64,000 nucleotides of DNA from an uncultured Dehalococcoidia bacterium (GTDB lineage Bacteria > Chloroflexota > Dehalococcoidia > Dehalococcoidales > UBA1222): assembly GCA_903844845.1 (NCBI GenBank), contig CAIMVG010000009.1, forward strand, positions 8,204 through 72,203. Direction: 5' to 3'. Below the pieces are notes generated by a model. The model was given only the letters and a program-made list of their open reading frames with translations. It was not told the origin of the DNA and ran no database searches. The position numbers and the translations under genes are program-made. Shown here piece by piece: positions 54,344 through 64,000 of this stretch (positions are counted from its first letter, which is position 1; the number at the start of each line of letters is the position of its first letter).

Positions 54344-55030
54344 CTACCTGATATACAGGAGGCTTAATTTTCCGAATAATATGAGTATACCAGCAATCAA
54401 TAGGAGTGCTCCACTGGCGAAATACACCCATCGGCTGAATCCGCCTACACGTTTTAGAACGGGAGCGAGCGGAGTAAAAAATGCTCCCATTAAAAGAAAC
54501 GGGAGACCGAGGCCGGACGAATACGCGGCGAGCAAAATCGCTCCTTTCCCGGCAGTTTCCGAATTGAGTGCGATGGTCAAAACGCTTGCCAATATGGGGC
54601 TGAGACAGGGGGTCCATGCAACGGTAAATGATGCGCCGATCACGAAAGAAGCTAGATAACCTCTTGTACGCACTATTTTTGGAGAGAATCGTTTTTCGAA
54701 ATTCAGACTCGGGATGAAACCCGCACCCAGCATAAAGAGGCCGAGAAAGATTAGCAGTCCGCCTGATACCCGGCGGACCAGTGGTGAGGCAGGGTTGATA
54801 TTAATGCCTATAAGACCTGCCAGCGTCCCAGTGAGAGTAAAGATTGTAGCCATTCCCGCAACGAAACTGAGTGAATGCAGAAAGAGCGACCAACGGCCAC
54901 CACGACCTTTTTCAAGTATTTCCGGCCCGGCAAGGCTTGCCATATAGATCGGCACCATGGGGAGAACGCACGGAGTGAAGAAAGAAGCGATTCCAGCCAC
55001 AAAAGCCGCCCAGACGCTGACATCACTCAT
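54344..55030 (-). CDS. ccdA: Cytochrome c biogenesis/DsbD-like CcdA
   Basis: AGIASFFTPCVLPMVPIY and WTPCLSPIL, YSSGLGLPF. Confidence 0.9.
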   Translation of the reverse strand: MSDVSVWAAFVAGIASFFTPCVLPMVPIYMASLAGPEILEKGRGGRWSLFLHSLSFVAGMATIFTLTGTLAGLIGININPASPLVRRVSGGLLIFLGLFMLGAGFIPSLNFEKRFSPKIVRTRGYLASFVIGASFTVAWTPCLSPILASVLTIALNSETAGKGAILLAAYSSGLGLPFLLMGAFFTPLAPVLKRVGGFSRWVYFASGALLLIAGILILFGKLSLLYIR

Positions 55031-55164
55031 AACGAGGTTAATTATAACAGGAGAAAGGCGATGGGTGCAGTACGATGAAACAGGCAAACATTGGCACGAA
55101 TACATCTAGATTCTTCTGGTTGACATGGTCTTTTGTTTTGTAGTAGTCTGATTGAAATTGAATA

Positions 55165-55305
55165 GGCAACCCGAAACCCGCCGAACATCGGACGTATATG
55201 TTCAGGCAGGTCAGTCTGGAAGGCAAGTCGGTGAAATCCCGACACAGTACCGCCTGCTGTAATCCCGGTATAACCGGGCGAGTCAGAACGCCAGAACTTC
55301 GGGTT
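55165..55305 (+). promoter_or_regulatory. Cobalamin riboswitch
   Basis: aaggcaa-gtcggtgaaatcccgac-acagtaccgcctgctgtaa...gagtcagaacgcc core; upstream of btuFCD. Confidence 0.8.
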
Positions 55306-55351
55306 CGTCTCCGCGGGACCAGGAGGTTAAGGCATGTTTATTTGACAGAGC

Positions 55352-55380
55352 AATCCCCTGCCCACGAGCAGGGGATTTTT
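55352..55380 (+). terminator. Riboswitch expression-platform terminator
   Basis: aatcccctgc/gcaggggatt followed by a T-tract. Confidence 0.75.
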
Positions 55381-55419
55381 ATTTCCCCAGGCTTACATAA
55401 ATTATGAGGAGTTGATACT

Positions 55420-56472
55420 TTGCGTAGAATCCGCTGTTTAGGACGAGTAAATGGCCGAGCGCTTATATTGAAACCGCTCGGCCTGTTGACTGTCATTATC
55501 CTGATAGCATCTATTCTCTTGGGTACAGCTTGTACCAGAGCCACCGGAACAACCGGGCCTGCCCCTATCAGCACTACCTTTCCAATGGCCGTAATCGATG
55601 ACCTTGGGCAGACAATAAATCTTGACAAGGTCCCGCAGAGGATAATCTCTCTTTCCCCGAGCAATACCGAAATATTATTTGCCCTGGGTTTGGGAGACAA
55701 GGTTGTTGGGGACACTATTTACGATGATTATCCCGCGGCTGCGGTTGACAAGCCCCATGTCGGAGGTTATGCGGACATCGACCTTGAAAAAGTCGTCAGC
55801 CTTGTACCCGACCTTATTCTGGCTGAAGATATCGATAAGTCGGACATTACTCCGGCGCTGGAGAAGATGGGGTATCAAGTTTATACCCTGGTGCCGCACA
55901 ATCTGGACGAGATCGTTGAATCTGTTTTAACAATCGGACGGCTCACGGGAACTAGCAGTCAGGCTAAAAGCATAGCCAGCGACATGCAAGCACGAATCAA
56001 AGTAGTGACTGACAAAACAGCCGGCCTCAAGGACAATCAGAAACCGAGAGTGCTCTTTATCATCTGGCATGACCCCATCATGTCTTCGGGTACTGATACC
56101 CCTAGCTTCGACTTGATCGAAAAAGCCGGAGGTATCAGTGTTGCCCCTGAGGAGACTGGTTTCCCTACGATTTCATTGGAGTCAGTCCTTGCAGCGAACC
56201 CGCAGGTCGTCATCTGTAACGTAGACCCGGCATATGACGGCGGCGATGCCCCGTTGATTTTCTTTCAAACCGAGCCTCGTTTACGGGGAATAGCGGCGGC
56301 GATGTCCGGCAAGATTTATGGCATCAACGCCTCCCTTGTTAACAGGCCGGTGCCGCGTATAATCCAGGGTCTGGAATGGATGGCGGCTATGATTCATCCC
56401 GAGTTGTTCCCCCAGTTTGTGACCCAATATATGGGTATGATAATTTCGACTGCGACGACCACGGCTAGATAA
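55420..56472 (+). CDS. btuF: Corrinoid ABC transporter substrate-binding lipoprotein
   Basis: PQRIISLSPSNTEILFALGL, EKVVSLVPDLIL, RPVPR; B12 riboswitch upstream. Confidence 0.85.
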   Translation: MRRIRCLGRVNGRALILKPLGLLTVIILIASILLGTACTRATGTTGPAPISTTFPMAVIDDLGQTINLDKVPQRIISLSPSNTEILFALGLGDKVVGDTIYDDYPAAAVDKPHVGGYADIDLEKVVSLVPDLILAEDIDKSDITPALEKMGYQVYTLVPHNLDEIVESVLTIGRLTGTSSQAKSIASDMQARIKVVTDKTAGLKDNQKPRVLFIIWHDPIMSSGTDTPSFDLIEKAGGISVAPEETGFPTISLESVLAANPQVVICNVDPAYDGGDAPLIFFQTEPRLRGIAAAMSGKIYGINASLVNRPVPRIIQGLEWMAAMIHPELFPQFVTQYMGMIISTATTTAR

Positions 56473-56485
56473 GTCCGAGAGAAGT

Positions 56486-57571
56486 TTGTTGAAATACAGA
56501 CATAAAATGGGATCCGAAAACAACCGAATGGCAGCTGCAGTGCAACACCGGTTTCGGCTGGCTTCTTTTATCGGGTTGTTTCTGCTGTTAGCGCTGGTCA
56601 TCGTTATGGCTACGTCTGTCGGCAGTGTCAAAATACCGCTAGGTGAAACCTATCGCATACTTGTCGACCATTTGCCATTCATCCACCTTGGAGCCGAAAG
56701 GTCAAGTGCCGCAGGGATCATCATCTGGGACATCCGCCTGCCACGAGTGCTGCTGGCGGGGACAGTCGGAATGGGGTTGGCCGTCGCGGGAGCAACATAC
56801 CAGGGTCTGTTTCGCAATCCCCTTGCCGACCCTTATCTTATCGGCGTGGCACAGGGAGCAGCTCTGGGTGCAGTTATCGGCTTCCTGATGCCCGTTGCGG
56901 GGCTGGGAGCGACGTATGGTCTAATACCAGCCCTTGCTTTCGCAGGAGCCCTGGCGAGCGTTATGATGGTTTACAGCCTGGCTCGTGTGGGGAAGATGCT
57001 GCCTGTATCGACCCTTATCCTGGCAGGAGTTGCGCTCGGGGCGCTGCTGGGGGCCATCGTGGCTTACCTTACTATAACCTCGGGATCGGTCATGCGCAGT
57101 ATCGTTTTCTGGCTGTCGGGTAGTTTTGCCCTTAGCCAATGGTCGGAACTGCAAGTGGTCCTGCCGATAGTTCTTGCCGGTTCAATGTTTATAATGGCGT
57201 TCGGAAGGCCCCTCAACATCATGCAGTTGGATGAGGAGCAGGCCCAGCAATTGGGTGTTAACGTCGAAAGGCTCAAGGTGGTGCTTCTAATAGTTTCAAC
57301 TCTTATCACCGCGGCGGCCGTATCTTTCGTCGGAATCATAGGTTTCGTCGGCATAATCGTACCGCACGCCGTGCGCCTTATCTGGGGGCCTGACCACCGT
57401 TTCCTGCTGCCTCTTTCGATGCTCTGCGGAGCCATATTTTTGATACTCGGCGATCTATTGGCGCGAACACTGATGGCTCCGACCGAAATACCCATCGGCG
57501 TGATCACGGCCATGGCCGGAGCGCCATTTTTCCTGTACCTGCTCAGGCGCAAAGCCAGGATGCTTTTCTGA
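56486..57571 (+). CDS. btuC: Corrinoid ABC transporter permease (FecCD family)
   Basis: IRLPRVL, FRNPLADPY, GIIGFVGIIVPH, EIPIG..TA..GAPFF; start uncertain. Confidence 0.87.
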   Translation: MLKYRHKMGSENNRMAAAVQHRFRLASFIGLFLLLALVIVMATSVGSVKIPLGETYRILVDHLPFIHLGAERSSAAGIIIWDIRLPRVLLAGTVGMGLAVAGATYQGLFRNPLADPYLIGVAQGAALGAVIGFLMPVAGLGATYGLIPALAFAGALASVMMVYSLARVGKMLPVSTLILAGVALGALLGAIVAYLTITSGSVMRSIVFWLSGSFALSQWSELQVVLPIVLAGSMFIMAFGRPLNIMQLDEEQAQQLGVNVERLKVVLLIVSTLITAAAVSFVGIIGFVGIIVPHAVRLIWGPDHRFLLPLSMLCGAIFLILGDLLARTLMAPTEIPIGVITAMAGAPFFLYLLRRKARMLF

Positions 57572-57578
57572 GAACCCT

Positions 57579-58370
57579 ATGCTGAAGATAGAAGTCGATC
57601 GACTAACACTGAATTACGGTCGAAACACCGTCGTTCGCGATATCAGCTTCGCGTTGGAACCCGGGTGCATGTTGGGGATGGTTGGGCCGAACGGCTGCGG
57701 AAAATCGACCGTCATCAAGGCGATAAGCCGCGTAAAGGCACCAGACTCAGGGAGCATCGTGTTCAACGGAAGGGATGTATCCAAAATTTCCCATATGGAC
57801 CTGGCGCGCCTCGTAGGGGTGGTCCCGCAGATACCGCTTCTGCCCAGCACCTTTACCGCATTCGAAGTGGTGTTGATGGGTCGCAACCCCCACTTGGGCC
57901 TTTTCCAGACCGAAGGCCCGAACGATATGGAAATCGCCCGCGTGGCGATGGAATCCACGCGTACCTCGCACCTAGCCTCGCGGAGGATAGGCGAACTCTC
58001 CGGCGGCGAGATACAGAGCGTTGTGATCGCGAGGGTGCTGGCGCAGAGGACCGAAGCGATCCTGCTCGATGAACCAACTTCCAACCTGGATGTTGGAAGG
58101 CAGATAGAGGTGCTCGATCTTGTCAAGGATTTGTGCCGGAAACAGGGATTGACCGTAGGTGTGGCACTGCATGACCTGAACCTCGCTGTCCAGTATTGCG
58201 ACAAGCTGATCCTGCTGCATGACGGTTCGATCAGGGCCGAAGGCACCCCTGCGCAGGTGGTTACGCAGGCGAACGTATCGGCTGTTTACGGGGCGGGCAG
58301 CCATGTCTACAACATCGACGGCGCCCCGGCTATCCTGCCCAGGGCAGGAGGACGACTGTATCCCCTTTAA
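57579..58370 (+). CDS. btuD: Corrinoid ABC transporter ATPase
   Basis: GPNGCGKS, LSGGE, LLDEPT, HDLNLA. Confidence 0.85.
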   Translation: MLKIEVDRLTLNYGRNTVVRDISFALEPGCMLGMVGPNGCGKSTVIKAISRVKAPDSGSIVFNGRDVSKISHMDLARLVGVVPQIPLLPSTFTAFEVVLMGRNPHLGLFQTEGPNDMEIARVAMESTRTSHLASRRIGELSGGEIQSVVIARVLAQRTEAILLDEPTSNLDVGRQIEVLDLVKDLCRKQGLTVGVALHDLNLAVQYCDKLILLHDGSIRAEGTPAQVVTQANVSAVYGAGSHVYNIDGAPAILPRAGGRLYPL

Positions 58371-58404
58371 AATGAAAAGGGGGCTTTAAGCCCCCTTTTC
58401 ATTT
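58370..58404. terminator. Bidirectional intrinsic terminator
   Basis: aaatgaaaagggggctt/aagcccccttttcattt. Confidence 0.85.
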
Positions 58405-58418
58405 ATAAAATGGATGAT

Positions 58419-58745
58419 TTATGGTGCTGCGATAAGGCCGTCAACCTTGGCCTGGAGTGCGCTCTCGGACGCTGCGCCGACTACAGTGTCAAACACTTTA
58501 CCGTTCTTGATAAATAACATGTTCGGGATCGACATCACACGGTACTGCGAAGGTGTTTTCTGGTTTTCATCCACATTCATGCGGCAGAATTTTACTTTGC
58601 CCTGGTATTTGTCAGATAGTTTTTTAAGTATCGGCTCGACCATGCGGCAAGGCCCGCACCAGGGAGCCCACATGTCTATCAAAACCGGAATATTCGCCTT
58701 CATGACCTCCGCGTCAAACGTCTGATCCGTTACATCAATCAACAT
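58419..58745 (-). CDS. trxA: Thioredoxin
   Basis: WAPWCGPC, MSIP. Confidence 0.95.
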   Translation of the reverse strand: MLIDVTDQTFDAEVMKANIPVLIDMWAPWCGPCRMVEPILKKLSDKYQGKVKFCRMNVDENQKTPSQYRVMSIPNMLFIKNGKVFDTVVGAASESALQAKVDGLIAAP

Positions 58746-59175
58746 TATTTATCTCCTATAAGTTCGATGATTCAATCGTATAGAATTGCATTTTCAGTGT
58801 CAAATATTGAGAGTGAAATTGCAGGCCAGAGAAAACACACGGCAGTTGAAGTCCCGATTTGTTAATGTTGAAGCGACAAGCGCCAATATCATTCCGACAC
58901 TATAAAAAGGGACGGCGTCCAGTGAACACCCCTTCGCTTTCAGCTTTCCGCCGATTTTTACAGGGTGTCCAATACCGGAAATACTCTCCGCAACTCATGC
59001 CCGGATGCGGTGATCCGATAATCGGCGTTCAGGCACAAAACAGGTTTGACTTAGCCGTCAATTGGTGTTAGAGTGAGGGTACAGGGCTGAAATTCCGCGA
59101 GGGCTTCAGACTTTTTTATTTTCAAGCGATATCGCTCGTTTACTCCATGATTTCATCAGTTGTCGTGCATCAGAC

Positions 59176-59817
59176 CTACCGGCTAAGCTTCCAGGCCAAA
59201 ATCTCACACAGGACTGTAATATCTTCGGTGGACAGATAACCGGTGACGCTACTATCGAAAAGGATATTTCCTTCCGCGGGGAGTTCTTCATCCCCCAGCC
59301 ACAAAGTTACTGTGACGGGCACGCGGGGAAAGGCTAAAATCCTGAAGGAAAAATCCCCCGTTTCCGCTTTCAGACCTCCGATGGATTCCGCAGTTGCCAC
59401 GAGAGCCTCCGGCCTGTCCGCGAACCTGTCGAGAAGGGGCTTGACGCTTCGTTTGACGAATGTCGGATAATAAATGCCGCCTTCGGGCAGTTCCCTGAAA
59501 GTGACAGGTTTCCCGGTAAGAGGCGAACCATCGGCCGTCACGAGGTAATGCAGGATGAGTAACATGTCCCGCGGGGATAGCGGTTCGCCGCTTGCGGATG
59601 ACACTATGATATCCGGAAGTTGAACCCGGCATTCGCGCCCTAGGTAGCTCAGAGAGATCGACTGACGGCCGTTTTCGTTGCGCAGGGCAGCAGCGCTTCT
59701 CCGACATAACTGCGCCAGTTCAGCCCCCAAAAGTTTGCGGCTTGCGATTGCGAACGCCTGTCGATGGGCCTCATCGAAACCATGCCGCGACATGCCGCCA
59801 AGGGCGGTTTCACTCAT
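59176..59817 (-). CDS. DUF3786 family protein
   Basis: LLILHYL, FRELPEG..Y, GDFSF...FPRVP...GDEELPAEGNILFD...EDI. Confidence 0.85.
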   Translation of the reverse strand: MSETALGGMSRHGFDEAHRQAFAIASRKLLGAELAQLCRRSAAALRNENGRQSISLSYLGRECRVQLPDIIVSSASGEPLSPRDMLLILHYLVTADGSPLTGKPVTFRELPEGGIYYPTFVKRSVKPLLDRFADRPEALVATAESIGGLKAETGDFSFRILAFPRVPVTVTLWLGDEELPAEGNILFDSSVTGYLSTEDITVLCEILAWKLSR

Positions 59818-59908
59818 GTTTTACCTGCTTGATAACACCCGTGGCGTTCTCATCTGTCCGCATAGTCTTTTGAAACCCGCCGGTTCGATTTAATGTTAAT
59901 GTTTTCGA

Positions 59909-62900
59909 TTAAGGCACCAGTTCAACGGCATCAGCATAAACCAACCGGCGCCTTACTATCGGAATCTCACCGGGTTCGTTGTAGTGTTCGAATTCTTTGA
60001 CGAGCAGCCGGTAGGTATGTGTCCCATCTGGCAAAGTGATATCCCCCGTCCAAGTGGTATTACCGGTTTTATCCGTTTCAACCAGATTATGACCGAGCGT
60101 AACTGCGCTTGATTTATCGGATAATGTTACCGGTTCCCAGACCAATTCTCCGGCTTCTTCTGGTTTTAATCCGGCACGCTGTTTTTCCAGGCTAATCTCT
60201 ACCACGCCGGGGCCGGATTGCCCGTTGAACATCTGGTAACTTCTGCCTGTGACTGAAACATGGCGCAGCAGCGGATTCGAATCGTTTCGACTGATGCTGG
60301 CATAGCGGTTTGGAGTAAGTTGGACGAAATCGGCCAGGACAACCCGTGACAGGTGTACGTTGTCGCTGCCCGGAAGGATTATCGTGCCGGTCCCCGTAAT
60401 AGCGCCGGAGAGAGAGTTAGGCTGGTAAGCAGCCAGGGCTAAACGCACGAATGGGAAATAGCTCTGTCCCGCATCGATATCCATGTCACAGTACCACAGG
60501 CGGCGCTCGCTGTTATAAGCTACCGCATGGCCGGCCACATTTACCTTCACTTTTTCATCCGGCACCTCTTCGAGTACCAGCCCGGCGGCCTGGTACTCCG
60601 GCTTCGAAAGCGGGAATGCCGCAAGGCTCGGGCTTGCATCGGCCGCCTGTGATTGGAAAACGGGATCCAGACCCCACTGCGTAATATATGGTTTGACCCT
60701 CTCCGGCGGGAACTGGTTTATCAGAAAATTACTGGTGGAGCCAGGCCAGATAATGGCACCCAGCAGTTGACCGTCTCCAGACGTATACCAGGGCCTGTCC
60801 AGATAGATGCGGATGCCGCCGGTACGCTGGCTGCTGACAACCTTTTTATCCGTGCTTCCAGTGTTCATTTGCCAGGTGAAAGTCGGCACGATGTAAAGCA
60901 CCCTGGGCGCTGCCGGACGCGCCGCACTCAGGATATTCAAGGTTTTCGGCTGTGTCATTTCGCGGGTGATGGGAGGCACCAGGTAGGTTACTTCAAGGTA
61001 TACGTTTTCCGGGATAGCGCTTGCAGATTCGGAAGGATCCGTGCGACGGATGGTTCCGTTGACATAATCTACGACATAATCACCTGTTTTATGGGTGGAA
61101 TCATAGCATTTGTAGTTTGCGGTGTTGTCCGCCAGCCGCACTGCCTCGGAACCTACCACCACACCTTTGGCATCAAGAGTGAAAGTATCCTTGCCCTTGA
61201 GCCGGACATCTTTTCTGCGCTGCAGGAAATACTCGCTGAAACGGGTGGTGGCAATAGCGGAATAGGTCACATCCCGGTGTTTGGTGTCACCGAATTCGTG
61301 ATTGCCATGGACATACAGGCTTTGTTCTTCAGCCGGTTCGCCGGGCAGGGGCACCGGGAACTCGTAAGGCCGGGCTTTGCCGTGTATCACCCTAGGCGCT
61401 GCCTCTCCCAGCGGATCTATAGTTTCGTCCCAGGAAGCCGTGATATCCAGTTTTATCGTACTCTTGCGGTGTACGGTCATCTGCCGATCGTAAATCTCGG
61501 CGAAAGTCTGGCCGACGCCACGAACCCTTCCCAATTGGGCGCTGAACTCGGGTGTAATCAACGGCTGGCGCACGGCATGCACCAGCGTCAACACCCGGTA
61601 GGGCGTCAACATCCAGTGCAGACCCTGGGCGGCCAATGTACGGACGGCAGCTTCGGATAGGCCTGATTCGATTATCCACTGGATAAGACCCATTTGCATG
61701 GCGCCGTCTTTGGTCATGAACGAACTCAGCCGCACCTGTACCAACTCAGCCTTGGGCAACAGCACCTGAAGAATATGCTTGGAGCTGTCGGGCTTAACCG
61801 ATGCCGTATCGGATTCCCCCAGCACCAGTCTGAACGGCAGTGCATCCGGCCACCTGGCACCCGCAGAATAACCGAAATCGAACAGGTACGGCGCGCTGGT
61901 CCCGGGAAGGTTGCGCAGTGCTGCACCGCGGGAGAGGACGTCGGGCAGATAGGGCAGTTCCAGGTTATCCGCATTTACATACGGCCGGTTATAGTTGTCA
62001 GGATCGGGTTGACCCGTTATGGTGCCGTCCTCTTTGGAGATGATCAATTTATACGCGTTTGCATCCACCTGACTATTCGCGGTGTTATCAAACAGCTGGT
62101 GCTCTTCCCCCTGCGTCTGGGAAGTCTTGGGCGGGACGATATGGCGCTCCGTCACCGCCTCGATGGCCTGGTTGTAATTGCTGCGTATTACAAGACGCTC
62201 TACGGATTCACCCTCGGTACGGCGGTTACGCATCACCACTGCGGGCGGCGGCACCGGTTCGAAGCGCCCGTAAACCAGAGGTTTGGTAGCATGGGAATCA
62301 CTTCCCAGTGCTTTATCATCTATCGCCAAACGGTTTCCTGCCAGATCGACAGCCCGTGCCCGCATGCGGTAAGTTACACCAAAACGCAATCTGGGCAGGG
62401 AAGTTGCCTTTGGCTTGAAATGGACCGCCAGTTTGAAATCGGGGTCTATTTCCGTTCCCGGGGGCGCAGGATTGCCATCGGCATCGATGGTCTTGCCGGG
62501 CCTAGGCGCGGCAAGGCTCCACCCACACCAGCGAAAAAGTGATTCACCCTGACGTAAAATATCAGAAGAGCCGTCGGCTGCAGAGGTCATACCTGCGGAT
62601 ACCCAGCCTTCATCGTCCGCCTTTTCAAGGATAGAGGGTGTTGTCCTGGTAAACTCGTAAGTACCGGTCCGCTGGCACAAAGAGTGCCATCTGGAGCTTA
62701 AAGAATCCCACACGTCTATGGTGAAGCCCCGGGTGATGTCTTCGGCATCCAGTGTGATGTTAGTGTTATTTGTCATATTCAGGTTGAGCACGTCCTGGCG
62801 GACGAAAGTTGCGTGGCTCTGCTGGGCCCGGTTGACCCGGGCTACCGACAAACCTCCCGAACGCAACGACGGCACCGATGAAGTTTCCGGCGTGTCGTCG

Positions 62901-63937
62901 GTCTTGCGCAAGGTCCTGGCCATGCCCAGGTTGCTGGCGAAGGCCAGTGTCTTGAGGGCTGCGCCATCGGGGTCGATGCGCACCACCTCATATCGATCTG
63001 TATCTTCGAAAGGCAACATGCCATCCGCCAGTTCCGGGCTGTTTGCCCGCGGCAATGCATAGAAAGCACTCGTCGAAATACGGCAACGAGTATCGAGCCG
63101 CTGGTTGTCGTTGGGGGTATTGACCGTGGTTACGCTTGAATCCCGCGACTTCCAGTTAACGATGACCTGCACGGTGGTATCTCCGACAATTTGCAGCGGT
63201 ACTTCCAGATCAAACACCAGCCCCAGGCTTTTCAGCAGAACGGGATAATCTCCCAGTGATGAGATCATTCGATGGAAATCGATGGAAGGGCTGGATATCT
63301 TTACCATCGTCGCGCTAAACGGTTGGTGGAAGAGCTTGGCCTGGATGAATGATTTTGCGAGCGCACTGGGGTCGGCGATGTTTCCCTGTGTCAGGTATTT
63401 GTTCTTGTCCAGTTCCTGCATGAGGCTCGAGGTTAACGACTTTTCGTTGCTGTCACGCAATGAGAAGGCCAGGGGGTTAAAAGGAGCGCCGGTATCCTTG
63501 ACCAGCGCATCTGCCGACGGAAATTCCTGGCCCGAGGTAGCAGCAAGCGATACATACTGCTGTTTTAGAAAGGACTGTATGTTCTTTGCCGGGTAGGACT
63601 GTATCGCCTTGTTTTTATAACTCACAGGTGCATACGATTCTACCAGAGAGGTATCGGGGAAAAGGGCTTTCCAGAGGTCCGACCGGGGCGACGGGCTTGT
63701 TCTCGTAGCCGGAACAGCTTTTAGGGTGCCGAATTGAACCGAGAAAGATGCCCCGGCGGCGGCGGAGAAAAGGGTTCCCGGCCAATCCAGAAAGTCGGTG
63801 AACAAAGATAGAGTGGGAGATGTTTTATCGGTCTGCAAGCGCGGCGAAACAAAGACGGACAACTTGAGTATCGTGCCGGCCCGGGTCACGGTGACTCCGT
63901 TGGGCAAAGCTGTCCACATAACCGTCTGATTTTTCAT
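59909..63937 (-). CDS. Large (1342 aa) uncharacterised beta/Pro-rich protein
   Basis: Uninterrupted ORF with a GGAG RBS; FN3/Ig-like YRMRARAVDLAGN motif; no signal peptide evident. Confidence 0.85.
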   Translation of the reverse strand: MKNQTVMWTALPNGVTVTRAGTILKLSVFVSPRLQTDKTSPTLSLFTDFLDWPGTLFSAAAGASFSVQFGTLKAVPATRTSPSPRSDLWKALFPDTSLVESYAPVSYKNKAIQSYPAKNIQSFLKQQYVSLAATSGQEFPSADALVKDTGAPFNPLAFSLRDSNEKSLTSSLMQELDKNKYLTQGNIADPSALAKSFIQAKLFHQPFSATMVKISSPSIDFHRMISSLGDYPVLLKSLGLVFDLEVPLQIVGDTTVQVIVNWKSRDSSVTTVNTPNDNQRLDTRCRISTSAFYALPRANSPELADGMLPFEDTDRYEVVRIDPDGAALKTLAFASNLGMARTLRKTDDTPETSSVPSLRSGGLSVARVNRAQQSHATFVRQDVLNLNMTNNTNITLDAEDITRGFTIDVWDSLSSRWHSLCQRTGTYEFTRTTPSILEKADDEGWVSAGMTSAADGSSDILRQGESLFRWCGWSLAAPRPGKTIDADGNPAPPGTEIDPDFKLAVHFKPKATSLPRLRFGVTYRMRARAVDLAGNRLAIDDKALGSDSHATKPLVYGRFEPVPPPAVVMRNRRTEGESVERLVIRSNYNQAIEAVTERHIVPPKTSQTQGEEHQLFDNTANSQVDANAYKLIISKEDGTITGQPDPDNYNRPYVNADNLELPYLPDVLSRGAALRNLPGTSAPYLFDFGYSAGARWPDALPFRLVLGESDTASVKPDSSKHILQVLLPKAELVQVRLSSFMTKDGAMQMGLIQWIIESGLSEAAVRTLAAQGLHWMLTPYRVLTLVHAVRQPLITPEFSAQLGRVRGVGQTFAEIYDRQMTVHRKSTIKLDITASWDETIDPLGEAAPRVIHGKARPYEFPVPLPGEPAEEQSLYVHGNHEFGDTKHRDVTYSAIATTRFSEYFLQRRKDVRLKGKDTFTLDAKGVVVGSEAVRLADNTANYKCYDSTHKTGDYVVDYVNGTIRRTDPSESASAIPENVYLEVTYLVPPITREMTQPKTLNILSAARPAAPRVLYIVPTFTWQMNTGSTDKKVVSSQRTGGIRIYLDRPWYTSGDGQLLGAIIWPGSTSNFLINQFPPERVKPYITQWGLDPVFQSQAADASPSLAAFPLSKPEYQAAGLVLEEVPDEKVKVNVAGHAVAYNSERRLWYCDMDIDAGQSYFPFVRLALAAYQPNSLSGAITGTGTIILPGSDNVHLSRVVLADFVQLTPNRYASISRNDSNPLLRHVSVTGRSYQMFNGQSGPGVVEISLEKQRAGLKPEEAGELVWEPVTLSDKSSAVTLGHNLVETDKTGNTTWTGDITLPDGTHTYRLLVKEFEHYNEPGEIPIVRRRLVYADAVELVP

Positions 63938-63961
63938 ATCTTATCTCTCTCCTCTCTCCAG

Positions 63962-64000
63962 CTATCCCGAAAGCGGAGCGAAAGCCCCTGCGTAAGTAGT
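63962..64000 (-). CDS. Probable C-terminus of an upstream co-oriented gene (…TTYAGAFAPLSG*), truncated by the window edge
   Basis: Open frame from the window end to TAG at 63962-64, 24 nt before the next ATG. Confidence 0.45.
   Translation of the reverse strand, partial: TTYAGAFAPLSG

Noticed and set aside
58746-59175. Long intergenic region between trxA and DUF3786 (also 21530-21947)
   Set aside because: No convincing ORF, RNA motif or repeat recognised by eye

Overview
Bacterial chromosomal window, very probably Chloroflexota/Dehalococcoidia. This rests on the bacterial Elp3, the AGAAC-N4-GTTCT SOS box, and the pdxT-serA-aminotransferase-tyrS-ribF-rpoBC-ruvB order with rpoB not preceded by rplL. 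0-3.5 kb is an AT-rich defence-like segment: a PD-(D/E)xK restriction-type nuclease, a putative methyltransferase-fold protein and hicBA. From 2.2 to 13.7 kb the intergenic spaces are packed with modular, nested palindromic (REP-like) repeats around uup, deaD, TPM/lemA, a LexA-controlled pair of ImuB-C-terminus-like proteins and a Hint-domain lipoprotein. 18-24 kb is a nitrogen module (amt-glnK plus accessory genes) bracketed by GlnR-type box arrays. 24-50 kb is mostly core genes, with a structured ncRNA candidate downstream of tyrS. 50-58 kb holds a Trm9/ALKBH8-like methyltransferase divergent from elp3, a UGA-containing UxxC TlpA-like selenoprotein with ccdA, and a cobalamin riboswitch with btuFCD. 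The window ends in a 1342-aa uncharacterised protein that appears to be part of a larger operon. Top leads: the Elp3 + Trm9-like + Zn-ribbon module (possible bacterial mcm5U34 pathway), the giant uncharacterised protein, the hidden selenoprotein, the nested palindrome insertions and the GlnR-like module. All family assignments come from motif recognition by eye, not database searches.
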